64,000 bases of DNA from Octopus sinensis (Eukaryota). How positions within the stretch are numbered: position 1 is the stretch's first letter; the number at the start of each line of letters is the position of its first letter. The stretch lies in NCBI RefSeq assembly GCF_006345805.1, contig NC_042997.1, forward strand, positions 115,940,001 to 116,004,000. The letters are read 5' to 3'. This document shows, one piece after another, positions 41,545-53,782 of this stretch. Position numbers and translations under genes: made by a program. The notes below the pieces were generated by a model, which saw only the letters and a list, made by a program, of their open reading frames with translations, made no database searches and had not been told where the DNA came from.

Positions 41545-42484
41545 ATACACACACACACACAAACACACGCACACACACGGACCTCCACAGAGTTTCCATC
41601 TCCCAATGACACTCACAAGGCATTTCTTGGTCCGGCACTATAGTAGACAACATTTGCCAAAAGTGCTGTGCAGTAGGACCGAACTCAAAACACGTGTTTG
41701 CTAAACAAGCTTCTTAATCGCACATCCAAATTTATAGATATGTTGTGCAATAGAACGCTGGGTATATACCTTCAAAGTATCTATGATACAGTACCTGTTG
41801 GGCAACCTTTGAGACAAAATATAAAAGCACACAAAACAGACTATCGGTTCGCTTGGAGTGGCTGCCGCAACAATCACGTGTGCTCTACATTGTATATTGA
41901 GTACTCCAACTTCTTTGTAATAAACACACACACACACCCGTACATATATTTTTATTGCGGTCATGCTGGAGCACCATCTCAAACTAATTACTTTAGCCAG
42001 TCAACATAGATACTTTGGAATTTCAAAACCTTTCTCTCTCTCTCTGATCCCCCTGTTTGTATATTTGTCTGTCTGTCTGTCTGTATATATATATATATAT
42101 AAAGGGAAAGTTTAAGAAAATAAGCAAAAGACGAAGGCAGGTGGTGTACAAACAAACAAATGTATTAGTATAGCGCTCAGGAATTGAAAAAGTCTTTTAC
42201 GTTTCGATCCTACGCTCTTCCACAGAAAGATACACAGAAAAAAAAGGAGAGAAACAAGGAGAGAAAAAAATGCGTGTAGTAGCTAACGATCTAAAATGGC
42301 GTCTGTTATATATATATATATATATCACGTGATCACGTGACCGACCAGTCCATCAGATGTAGTTACACATCGCTGGTCACAATGCGTTCGCATTGTTTTA
42401 GCCTTCGAATGACGCCACCCCGCTGGCTAAGCGAGCAGGCCAATATATATATACATATATATATATATAATATAATATATATAT

Positions 42485-42531
<47 letters not shown>

Positions 42532-43744
42532 ATGCGTGTATATGTGTGTGTATAAATAAGTGTATATGTATTTACATGAGTGTATATATATATATATTCT
42601 CAATTTTAGATGTGTGTGTGTTGTGTGTGTGTGTATGCTTAAGTATGTATGTATGTTATGCGTGTATCTGTTTGTAATATATAACTAATTCATCGATTTT
42701 ATCCAATGGGTTTTTGCTATGATTAGGTAGCATTTTTCTTCTTTCTCTCACTCTCTCTCACTGTTTCACATACGCTCTCTGATCCTTTTTTTTTTTGTCT
42801 ACAACGTTTTTGTTTTCCTCGAATTACCTGCCCGCTTTTCCCCTACCACTCCATATTCTCTCCTTACTTGCTTGTCTGTCTGTCTGTCTCTCTCTGTCTC
42901 TCTGTATCTCTCTCGGTCACTCTCTCCTTTTCTCTTTCTTCTGCACTATTCCTCTCTGTAATGCATACATATCTAAATAACACACACACACATACACACG
43001 TGTGTGTGTGTGTAATTGTATAGTTTATATATATCCAAATACACGCACATGCATACACACAAACTCAAACACACATAATCACACACACATCTGTAACTTC
43101 AATGTTAACCTTCCCATCCCCCCCCCCCACACACAACCGATTTAAAAAATGCTAGAAGATTCGCAAACTATTGTAGCATTTTGTTCATTAATTCTTGCTA
43201 TCCACGTCTGAATGTAATCAGATACACACAGACATAGAAAGTTCCTGACACAATATCTACTAAACAGACAAGTCTTTGAAATGACATGGCAACTGTGTTG
43301 GTGCCATTCTTTAGATATCTTCGACAGATATCTTCAAAATACGAGACATCAACATTTTTTTGTTGTTCTTGTTTTTTCGCTATTTGTCTTACATATTATT
43401 GGTTTCTTGTTTGGATACTAAAAATGTAATCCTTTAACGAATTAAACAAGGATCCATCGGAAAAGGAGAGGAAGGAATTCAGAAAGTTGTTGGTGATGAA
43501 TGATGTAACTCGTCTATTGGATAGGGCGCTAGTCTACCGTAGAAAAACTCTCCCAAAAAGTTTCGCATTTTCTTTTCACATAAAAATGACCTGTTCAGCG
43601 ATTATGAATTTATAACACACGATCAAGAATCGAGCTGGTATTTGAACCAACTCGTGTTATATGATTACCACAGCCAACACCACCACCACCATCACAATCA
43701 CCATCATCATCATCATCATCATCTTCTTCTTCTTCTTCTTCTTC

Positions 43745-43781
<37 letters not shown>

Positions 43782-44747
43782 GGCGGAATCGTTAGCACGT
43801 CGGGCAAAATCCTTCGCAGCATTTCGCCCGTCTTTACGATCTGGGTTCAAATCCAGCCGACTTCGTCTTTCATCCTTTCGGGGTCACTTTGTGGGGGCGT
43901 ATCTTGGTCTAAAGTGCTTTTTGTTTTTTCTTAAGATGATGGGGATGTTATTGAAAGGGACCCTAGCTGCTGTTTCTAGTAGATTTAATGACCGCATGGA
44001 AGCTGTATTCTGTACATGGTGTTGTCGCTTTAGCCCCAGATGAATCTTTATCAATCTTTATCTATGTTCAAAGGCATTCCAAACGTGATCATCTTGTTTT
44101 TAAGGTCATTATAGGCTACATAATCTAATATATCATTTTTACTTAGCATGATCTTGAGGGAGATTTCGCTACTGTTTCTAGCAAATGTTCTTTCGTTCCA
44201 TGATGCACAGTTGAACCAAAGAAACTGTACTGTTGCTCTACCCCACATTGAAATAATAATAGTGATAATAATTCTGCTCAAAACCATGAATTTGCTTCTC
44301 AGTTGTTTGAACTTAACCAGTTGAGCATGTCGCTTAGTGGCTGACGATGTGCGCATGTCTAATTACATCGCAGCCATGTGTTGAGAGGAATTCTTTGGGG
44401 TTTGAATAATTCACCTCTGAAAACATGGGTGTTTTGTTCATCATCCTTAAACAAACCTTATTTGAGTGGGATGGGCTACTCTACCTGAAGAAAATTCTAA
44501 CTGGTCCCCCACCTGCAAGGTTATGCGCCGGATGAGATCACCATGTCGCGCACATATGGTTGTGATGCATGTACCTTATGTACCCTTATCAGACGGGTAG
44601 TCATGATGGGTATACTGGGCTTCGTATATTTTACCCCAGTGTCACATTGATGACATGCGCTGCTCTCTCGCTCAATGAAAATAATAATAATTATAATAAT
44701 AGTAATTGTTGTTGTTGTTGTTATTATTATCATTACAATAATATGAT

Positions 44748-45019
44748 ATTATTTTCATTATCATCTTCTTTTAATTCTGTTTCCATTTCTTGCCGAGTGT
44801 CTTTCTGACACCTAGGGTAGAGAAACGAACTGTATACATTGGTAGGCCATTAAAATAAACACACCAGATTGTTCATTTACAAAGTCATATGATAAATCTG
44901 GTGTGTTTATTTTAATGGCCTACCAACGTATACAGTTCGTTTCTCTGCCCTAGGTGTCAGGAAGACACTCGGCAAGAAATGGAAATAGGCTTAAAGGAAG
45001 ATGATAATGAAAATAATAA
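44748..45019. repeat. Palindromic element, about 123-bp arms, 24-nt spacer
   Basis: 44748-44870 is the reverse complement of 44895-45019 with few mismatches. A half copy is at about 60805-60925. Confidence 0.9.
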
Positions 45020-45668
45020 TAATAATAATAATGATAATAATAATAATAATAACAATATCATCAACAACAACACCCAGAACGAATGAGACTTAAGTTTAGG
45101 CAAAAAAAATTCAATATTCCTTTGTTGTCGCTATATGAGTGATACCCGTATCTAATTCGAAAACACGCTGATAAGTCTGTTCTGGTTTGTATGCCATGGG
45201 AAAAGACGTGAGGAAAACGAATTTAATTAATCTTACGATGTGTGTTTCTGTGCCTGGACGCATCTGTGTGTTCGCGAATGCGTATGTATTTGTGTAGTAA
45301 AAGGCACAAACTAATTTATTTGAAGCCATTTCAAACAATTTTTCTTCATGTGAGAATGCCTAAAGAGTTTGTCTAGTTTTACGACTTGTATGAAACAAAT
45401 CATCTTGTAAGAAGAAGGTTTGGTTCAAATGGCGTAATTGTTTAAAGTCTCAAACGTTAAAAGGTTTCGGTGTAACAACGCCTTCTTCAATTCCCTGTAG
45501 AGAGATATCCATATTTTGAGAGGCTTGTCTTTACATTCCTCGACTTCTTTCTATTAGTTAACCACCAAGAACTGACATTTTCGCACACACAAACACATAC
45601 ACATATATACACGTATATATATATATATATATTTACTCATACACATAAATACATATATATACATATAC

Positions 45669-45699
<31 letters not shown>

Positions 45700-45775
45700 A
45701 ATATATATATATATACATATATTACACATGAGCACACTTCTATATACGTATATATATATATATTTATATACATAC

Positions 45776-45836
<61 letters not shown>

Positions 45837-45859
45837 GTATATTACATATACGTATATAT

Positions 45860-45904
<45 letters not shown>

Positions 45905-45977
45905 TATATATACATATATATATTATATATATTATGTATTTTCCGTGTTTTTCATTGCGGTCATTTTTCTGTTCTAG

Positions 45978-46136
45978 ATAATTTTGAATTCAATGCAAAA
46001 ATACCAGCCTCGTTTTCACGTGATATATGAAGACCCCAAGAAAGACGAAAACAAATATCCCGAGACACAGAATTTCAGAGCGTTTATATTTCCTGAGACC
46101 AAGTTCATGGCTGTAACTGCCTACCAAAACCATCGG
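45978..46136 (+). CDS. TBX1: Tbx1 T-box exon (159 bp, phase 0-0)
   Basis: tttttctgttctAG|ATA...CGG|GTaaga. Encodes [53 protein letters not shown], in frame with the previous exon. Confidence 0.95.
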
Positions 46137-48058
46137 GTAAGAACCAAAAGACTCCAAGTTTGCTTTTCGCTGTACGTCTCGGTGGCTGTGGGTTTAATCT
46201 ACAGCTTGGTTTAATACAATCAGTTGGCTATTGAGTAACTTTAGAAGCGCCAACGCTGTTGTGAGCGTTCGAGACAAATTTCTTGGTGGTGATGGTAAAT
46301 AACTTAATATATTGATGTGATTCTTTCAACAACAGCAACCTGTCGTGTTCTCCACCTTTTTCGCCCACCAACCTCAGATACTCTGCAAATGTCAAGGTCA
46401 CTGTCCTTCTCTGATTACCCATCCATCCATATTCTCCGCCCACTATTTCCCATTTCCCGGAGGGTCGTTGGGGGTAACTTCCAAATTTACCTCCTCCATC
46501 AAAAGTAACCGTCATTTTATTTTCTATTGAAACTACGGCTATTGTCCAACCATCTTGTTCTTGGTTTACCCCTAGGTCACCTATCGGTTGACTCGGCTTG
46601 AAGAATCTGTCTTGCGATTCTTACCTGCGACATTCTAATCCATAGTACTGGGGCTGTAACCTCAAAATACAGAGAAATAGTGGCTCAACTTGAAGAGCCA
46701 ACCTGATCTCTGGGATCTGCATACTGTCGAGTAACATTGCTCCAGAGACCCCTCGAAGGAATCACGTTTCAGTTTCATGTAGTTGCTCTCGTACACGTTT
46801 GGTCATTTCTTGGCATTCATGACCATAAATGAGGCTAGACATGAAAACAGAAATGAAAATAGCCATTTTGGCTTTTTTTTCCTTTTTTTTTTTGTATCAA
46901 CCTCTGTGCTTCTGAGGATCGAACGCTGGAGCTGGTGCATTGCTGTGCGAAAACTTCCAATACTAGCAGCGAATTCAAGCGCCTGTCTCTCACAGCCTGA
47001 GAATAAGGCCCTGGTCAAGTTTTAATAAAATATATTCTATGGTGTTATTAAAATATAAACAGAATGATATCGTGCCAGGGCAACTGATAACAGGACAGCT
47101 CATATCAGACAACTCATACCTGGACAACTGATACCAGGTGTAAAGCGGTAAAAGATTTAATTATGAAAGAAAAATCAAATAAGATTAAAATAACCGCACA
47201 CCACACGTACACACTCACACGCACACATATACACACCACACATACCACACACACGCACATACACACACACAAATACACACCACATACACGCACACACATA
47301 CACACACGACACAGACAGACAAATGCACACCATACACACAAATACACTCACGCACACACAGACATATACACACACACACATACACACACACCATATATAC
47401 ACACCACACATACTACACTCGCACACATGTACATATACACACACACACTACACACGCAAGATTTCTTTCAAAATTCAATCTTTATCACTTTATACCTGTC
47501 AGGTATATCATTAGAACCAATGATATACATACATGCACACCTATACAGACATATGTGCATGTATAGATGCGCATGCACGCATACACACGTATTAGGAAGA
47601 AAACGTGTGGCATCACTTTAAAATGATACCACATGTTTTGCTTGTTGATTCTACATGGGCACATGATTGAAGAGATAGGATAGAATTTGTCAAAACAGAA
47701 GTTAAATTAGCTTGTTCGATTGAAATAACCTGTTTCCCCTCTTCAAACAAGGGTCAACGATTTCTATGAAAGGAACAAAAACCAATATAGTTATAGATAG
47801 GGAACCATTTCTTTTACATCGACTGTTATTCACAAACAAATGTAACTAAACACCACAAGCCCTTCGCCCTCTGTTCGACGAGTTCTACCATCCCCAGCAC
47901 CTCACTGAATTTAATAATTTAATATCGTAAACGTAACGTGAAGTAGTAGTGCTTTAATATTTATATCAAAATACCATTTTGATAAATATTTAAATTTTTA
48001 CGGAGATGTACTTGCATAGCAAGTGACCTGATCTGAGATCGTGTGCTGAAACAAAAAC

Positions 48059-48334
48059 AATTACAGCGTGGAAGGTGTCTATAAACCATTAAACGACGCA
48101 CAAAAACCGTTAGATTCACTTAAACATTTAAATTTAATTTGGCAAAATATTTTCGTTTCTTTGAAACTGCGACCTGTCCACTGACAAAATTTCGTACTCG
48201 GAATTTTGTCAGTGAACAGGTTGCGGTTTCAAAGCGACGAATATATTTTGGCAAATTAAATTTAAATGTTGAAGTGAATCTAAGGGATTTTGTGTGTTTT
48301 TAAATGGCTTATAAACACTTTCCATGCTGCAATT
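48059..48334. repeat. Palindromic element, about 136-bp arms, 4-nt loop
   Basis: Symmetric about 48195-48198 (TACT): ...CCACTGACAAAATTTCG-TACT-CGGAATTTTGTCAGTGAAC..., with outer arms AATTACAGCGTGGAAGGTG / CACTTTCCATGCTGCAATT. Confidence 0.9.
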
Positions 48335-48389
48335 ATTTAAATTTTGTTTTTGATAGATGATGTAAACTAATACATTTGTTCTTTTATAG

Positions 48390-48457
48390 ATAACCCAATT
48401 AAAAATTGCTAGCAACCCATTTGCTAAAGGATTCCGAGACTGTGACCCAAACGACTC
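48390..48457 (+). CDS. TBX1: Tbx1 exon at the end of the T-box (68 bp, phase 0-2); too short for the ORF track
   Basis: ttgttcttttatAG|ATA...GACTC|GTaagt. Encodes ITQLKIASNPFAKGFRDCDPND(S); the FRDCDP ending is characteristic of Tbx1. Confidence 0.95.
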
Positions 48458-48859
48458 GTAAGTATTTCGTTGTAATAAGTTCTACAAACCTCATTTGTTG
48501 AAATGACTATTGACGTTTTATTGGGGTTAAATATGAAGATATGTGTTAAGAGGCATATTTGTGTATTTGGTAAGACTAATCTTTGTCTTTCTCCCTTTCT
48601 CTCTCTAACAATCTATTTCATCTATCTTAAACATCTTATCTATCTACCCTACATAACCTACTACCTAACTGCCCACGTACATACACACATACACGCATAC
48701 ATACATACTTACTTACACACCTATTTACCTGTCTGTCTATCTACCTACTTTTGGTGCTGGTTCTATCAGTCATCCTCTTTTTCTTACATATATGTTGCAT
48801 GCATGCATACATACATACTCACATATAAGCACAGACGTGGTTGTGTGGTAAGAAGCTTG

Positions 48860-48920
48860 TCCATGTCCAACCCACAAGCTTCTATCTGTGTACTACCCTT
48901 GTGGCAAATTATATGAAATA
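48860..48920 (+). mobile_element. 61-bp 5'-truncated 3' end of a related retroelement inserted in a SINE-A head
   Basis: TSD AAGAAGCTTG at 48850-48859 and 48921-48930. The last 25 nt (CCCTTGTGGCAAATTATATGAAATA) match the 3' end of the 57051-59107 element at 24/25. Confidence 0.8.
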
Positions 48921-49611
48921 AAGAAGCTTGCTTCCCAACCACATGGTTCCAGGTCCAGTCCTACTGCGTGGCACCTTGGTCGAGTCGACCAAAGCCTTGT
49001 GAGTGGATTTAGCCGACGGAAACTTAAAGAAGCCCATTATATACGAAGCGGGTGCTGAAAAGTTCCTGGCTTTAAGTGTATCACGAAAGGCCTGATTGGG
49101 GGCCCAAAATTTCAAGTTCTTTTACAAGATGGGCTACAGTAAATATTCTGCTCAATAACACAGATTTTTTGTCATTTATTTGGTCTTAAACCATTTGAGC
49201 ATATCTCTTAGTGGCTGACGATATGTGCATCTCTGATCACATGTAGGAGTAGTGGGAGAATATCATGCCATCTTTTGAAAAGAATTCTTTGGAGTTTAAA
49301 TAATTCATTTCCGGAAACGTGGGTATTCCGTTCAACATCCTTAAATAATTATTATTCAGGGATCTTTTCAGTGAGATGGGCTACTCGACCTGAAGAAAAT
49401 TCTAATTGGGTCCCATCTACAAGGTCATGTGCTGTTTATCTTGACACGAGATCACCATGTCGTGCACGTATGATTGCGATGTACGTGCTTGGTATATTCA
49501 TCAGACGGGTAGTCATGATCAGTATACTGGGCTTCGTATATTTGTATCCCAGTGTCACTTTGATGGCATGCACTGCTCTTTCACTCAACAACAACAACAA
49601 CAACAATAATA

Positions 49612-49925
49612 AGAATGATAGCAAAAGGGGCTGATTCCTACCTAGCTCAGATCCCAGGAAACCCCAAAATGGCAGAAATTCAAAAGATAGTGCACATGAG
49701 GACTACCCATATCCTACGTAAGATACTGCCTATGAAATCTCAAAATTTAAAACAAACTTAATTTTCTTATGATTTCTTAAACATTCTCTAGAAAAATACT
49801 TTGTGCAAAACGAAATATATGACAACCTAGGCAAAACACCAACTTGAACTTATAACTTGTTGTCTCTTGAGGTCTCTGGGTGAGACTTGGAGTCAACTTG
49901 TACAAATACAAAGCAAAAGTCAAAC

Positions 49926-49994
<69 letters not shown>

Positions 49995-50010
49995 CAACAA
50001 CAGCAACAAT
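49612..50010 (+). mobile_element. R4/Dong-type LINE extreme 3' end with (TAA)n tail
   Basis: GADSYLAQIPGNPKMAEIQKIVHMRTTHILRKIL (RLE C-terminal motif), then UTR ...GAGGTCTCTGGGTGAGACTTGGA... and (AAT)n. A shorter piece of the same UTR is at about 61480-61575. Confidence 0.65.
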
Positions 50011-50044
50011 CGTTATAATAATAATTTTGCTTTTAATATTTCAG

Positions 50045-50142
50045 AGTTGTCGAAGTGTTGAACAATATAACAACAGGGAACAGGAAACGAAATCATCACA
50101 GACCAAGTTCTCTCTCCTTAAAATTATTCAAAGAAGACAAAG
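50045..50142 (+). CDS. TBX1: Tbx1 post-T-box exon (98 bp, phase 2-1); not annotated in this frame in the ORF track
   Basis: tttaatatttcAG|A...AAAG|GTatat. Encodes (S)VVEVLNNITTGNRKRNHHRPSSLSLKLFKEDK. Phases match both neighbours, and RNHHRPSSL resembles the RNHRPGAL segment I recall in vertebrate TBX1. Confidence 0.8.
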
Positions 50143-50419
50143 GTATATATTCTAATTATACATGAGGCGAAAGAAAAAATTATCTCATTGTGTGTTTGTC
50201 CTGCTGGGCGTGTCTTGTTTCGCTTGAGTTAATTGAGTGACAGTTGATTATTATAATTAATGCCAACATATATATAATGAGAATATGTTCATTACGTTGT
50301 TGTTCTTTAATCTGTTATTGGTTGCAAAGCAGAGGGACAGCGGTGACAATGCTCTCCGAATCATGACTATGTCGTCAATATGATTCCATCTCGCACTCAT
50401 GGTTTTGGTGATTAGTTAA

Positions 50420-50802
50420 TCTTTTACTTGTTTCAGTCATTTGGCCATGCTAGAGCACCGCTTTAGTCGAGTAAATCGACCCCAGAACTTATTCTTTGTA
50501 AGCCTAGTACTTATTCTATCGGTCTCTTTTGCCGAACCGCTAAGTTACGGGACGTAAACACACCAGCATCGATTGTCAAGCGATGTTGGGGGGACAAACA
50601 CAAACACACAAACATATACACACACACACACACATACATATATACGACGGGCTTCTTTCTGTTTTCGTCTACCAAATCTACTCACAAGGCTTTGGTCGGC
50701 CCGAGGCTATAGTAGAAGACACTTGCCCAAGGTGCCACAAAGTGGGACTGAACCCGGAACCATGTGGTTGGTAAGCAAGCTACTTACCACACAGCCACTC
50801 CT
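50420..50802 (-). mobile_element. SINE-A copy in the last Tbx1 intron
   Basis: Near-identical to the 12120-12523 copy. Confidence 0.9.
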
Positions 50803-51132
50803 AGTTCTCAACCATTTTTTACCTATGACCTCCTTTCATTACTACTTTACTCTGGTCGACCCTCATTGTCATTCAATGTATAAAAACTAATTTTAAAGGC
50901 GCTTCTTTCAAAATTGCGATTTTGTTTTTCACATAGTTGTCGGAGGTTGAACTATGTAAAACGCAAGAGAAAGAAACCCAGCAGCTTCTTGCAATAAACA
51001 CATCTTTCATCTTTTGTCTCTTGCTTGTTTCAGTCATTGGACTGTGGCCATGCTGGGGCACCGCCTTGAAGAATTTTTAGTCGAATGAACTGATCCCAGT
51101 ACAACTTAGTTTTAAAGCCTGGCACTTATTCT

Positions 51133-51364
51133 TATTTCTTTACTACCCACACGGGGCTAAACACAGGGGGGAAAACAAGGACATACAAAGGGATTAAGTC
51201 GATTACATCGACCCCAGTGCGTAACTGGTACTTAATTTATCGACCCCGAAAGGATGAAAGGCAAAGTCGACCTCGGCGGAATTTGAACTCAGAACGTAAC
51301 AGCAGACGAAATACCGCTAAGCATTTCCCCCGGCGTGCTAACGTTTCTGCCAGCTCGCCGCCTT
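51133..51364 (-). mobile_element. SINE-B (tRNA-like head, long-tail variant) nested in a SINE-A
   Basis: Sense AAGGCGGCGAGCTGGCAGAAACGTTAGC...GAGTTCAAATTCC (B box)...GGTCGACTTTGCCTTTCATCCTTTCGGGGTCGAT...GTAGTAAAGAAATA. Apparent TSD AAGCCTGG(C/T)ACTTATTCT at 51115-51132 and 51377-51394. Other copies near 690-860(-), 905-1080(-), 19145-19720(+, three), 30730-30930(-), 36880-37110(-), 38275-38420(+), 38865-39040(+), 43780-43890(+), 55383-55600(+), 59160-59290(+), 61580-62420(-, several). Confidence 0.88.
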
Positions 51365-52209
51365 GGTACTTAGAATAAGCCTGGTACTTATTCTATCGGT
51401 CTCTCTTATCGAACCGCTATTTTACGGGGACGTAAACGCACCAACACTGGTTTCCTAAGATTTTATATTTCAGGCGATTCATGAATTTCTTTATTTACAT
51501 CATTTGATGTTGCTCCAGCAGAGGCAGAACCGTTGTATTTTATATTAACTAAATAAGCAGCAACATATTTTTTTGTATAACTCGTGTAACAATTCTGGAT
51601 ACTTTGAAAGTAAATAATTTAAACTTTGGCTATCAGCATTTTGTAGAAACCAAAGTGACATAAAAAAAGTCTTAAAATAAAGCTTTTTAAATCCTTCCAC
51701 AAAAACATGTGAAATTCTCTCGTAGTAATTATTGTAGTCTTGTGTGTTCTAAGCCAACATGCACTTTTAAGTGGGGAGAATTTTTACCTTTTAGTATTAA
51801 CACTACCTTTGTTGCTTTAATCATTTTTTGATGAGCTCACTGGCTTTTATTGACACCAGTGACAGCTTGGGCTCTGTGCGTCTATGCATGTCACTAGCTG
51901 TATGCTTACGGCAATTTATAGCAGTTGGGTAGCTTCCATTGACGTGGTCAAAGAAGGTCGACACCTCGTGATCATGGCAGATCTAGGTAGCGGGGATGAC
52001 CGTGATTGTCTCCTGCTAGCGGTGTAAACAACAGTGTTCATATACATCACAAAACCATGCATAGTAAATCTCGAGTATTGCGTGTTCCAAGATGGCTTCC
52101 ACTTTTTAAGTAGTGATAAATTTTACATTTTGCTTTTAATACTGCTTCTGTCGCTTTAATTATTTTTTAACTTCTATTTATAGCAATTCTATTTTATTTC
52201 TATTTTCAG

Positions 52210-52526
52210 ACTATCTCGAAAAAGATCCTAGTAATGCACAGTTGTCACGTGTCATAAGTCCAAATTTACCAGGAGGAATAAATTTGCCACTTTCTCGTGG
52301 TGTGGAGCCGCCACGAACCCCACAAGGATACTCGGATGGTTACAGCTACAATCCTTACAGTCCAGCCTCGTATATGCAGCCAGCCAAAGTCAGACCAAGT
52401 CCTTATGCTCGAGAAATGGATTATGCTTCATACCACTCGCGGGTCAAAGGCTTTTACTCGCGTGCAAACACATTCAGGACACAAATGCGTGATCCAATGA
52501 CGTGGAGTACACAGCCAATGACGTGA
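52210..52526 (+). CDS. TBX1: Tbx1 terminal coding exon
   Basis: tttctattttcAG|AC. The phase-1 entry gives (D)YLEKDPSNAQLSRVISPNLPGGINLPLSRG...YMQPAKVRPSPYAREMDY...PMTWSTQPMT* (TGA 52524-52526). KVRPSPY resembles the C-terminal KSRPAPY motif of vertebrate TBX1C. Confidence 0.85.
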
Positions 52527-52569
52527 AGTACACATCTAATGACGTGGAGTACACAGCTGATGATGTGAG
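52494..52569 (+). repeat. 21-bp tandem repeat spanning the Tbx1 stop codon
   Basis: CCAATGACGTGGAGTACACAG / CCAATGACGTGAAGTACACAT / CTAATGACGTGGAGTACACAG / CTGATGATGTGAG. Confidence 0.9.
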
Positions 52570-52604
52570 CGAGATGGTTCTTTTTTATCACTCACAAGTC
52601 ATAG

Positions 52605-52679
<75 letters not shown>

Positions 52680-52776
52680 AGGAAAAAAGAAACATAATTA
52701 TGATGCTTCATTTTTTTTCTTTTTCATCTTTGCCGCTATATTATGTTTTCGTCAGTAATTTTTTTTATAGATCTTC

Positions 52777-52910
52777 AATAAAAAACATACAAAACAATTT
52801 CCAACATACAATGCAGCAACAGCTATAAAGATATACATACATACAGTGTTTTCAACTCTCTCAGTTACAGTCAGAGATTTTTTTTTCGGTGGTACATAGA
52901 CTGCAATAAA
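52777..52910 (+). other. Candidate Tbx1 polyadenylation signals
   Basis: AATAAA at 52777-52782 and 52905-52910 downstream of the stop. The sequence is AT-rich, so specificity is low. Confidence 0.3.
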
Positions 52911-53740
52911 ACGAAAATATTCTGCACTTAAAACGTTAACTATGTGACTAAGAAGACGTTTCTTTCATAGTTAACTTACAATAGAAGAGAGAATACGAAT
53001 GGCTTCCACACACATTGCAAACATCGTTCTCAAACTCATTTACAAATCAATACGTATATTTCATAACAATAATAATAACAATAATAATGAACAATAAAAC
53101 AATGACAATAAAACACTGGACGAAATTAATCACCGAATCTAAGCCATTTAATGAGTGTGGGGTAACTTCAACGAGAGATTTACTATCTAGAGCATTGCAA
53201 GGAAAAAGTTTGAATGAGTTGAGGATGTTGTGCAAGGAACATTAAAAAGATAATGAAACGTAAATGAACTATAAGGTTATTTTCAAATTAATATAGTGTT
53301 GAAAAATGATGTCTTCAGAGTGACCTTCTTTGAAACCATTTAATATAGAAACAACTAAACAACAAAAAGATAGCTGAAAGACAAATATGATAAAAGTTTA
53401 AAGAACCACCGACAGACATATTTTGCGAGTTATGGTTGCAATGTTGCGTTTTACATTATACTTTTATCATTATTTTTATTTTATTTCATTTTTTTATAGA
53501 TATTTCTTTTTAAACATTGTATTTTTTTGTCTTTTGTAACCGCATCTTCAACACTTAACTGAAAATCACCGAGACGCTTACATTAAATCGCTGAAATGAA
53601 TAAAAAAACATTATTATAAAGTCACGGAAATAATTAATACACATGAAACTTTCAAAATACAAGGAAACTTCATTTATTTATTGGTTGTACTACATCATAT
53701 TTACTAAATCAACACTTCTTAGATTTGATGCCTGGTTTAT

Positions 53741-53782
<42 letters not shown>

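Noticed and set aside
46137-46214. Extension of ORF 45984-46214 past NHR as coding sequence
   Set aside because: T-box similarity stops exactly at a canonical GTAAGA donor and resumes in phase at 48390.
46228-46515. 95-aa minus-strand ORF in a Tbx1 intron
   Set aside because: No recognisable domain, Met-less start and no splice or copy support; length compatible with chance.
52494-52569. CRISPR-like array (also considered for 31968-32090)
   Set aside because: Units are contiguous with no unique spacers; eukaryotic context and no cas genes.
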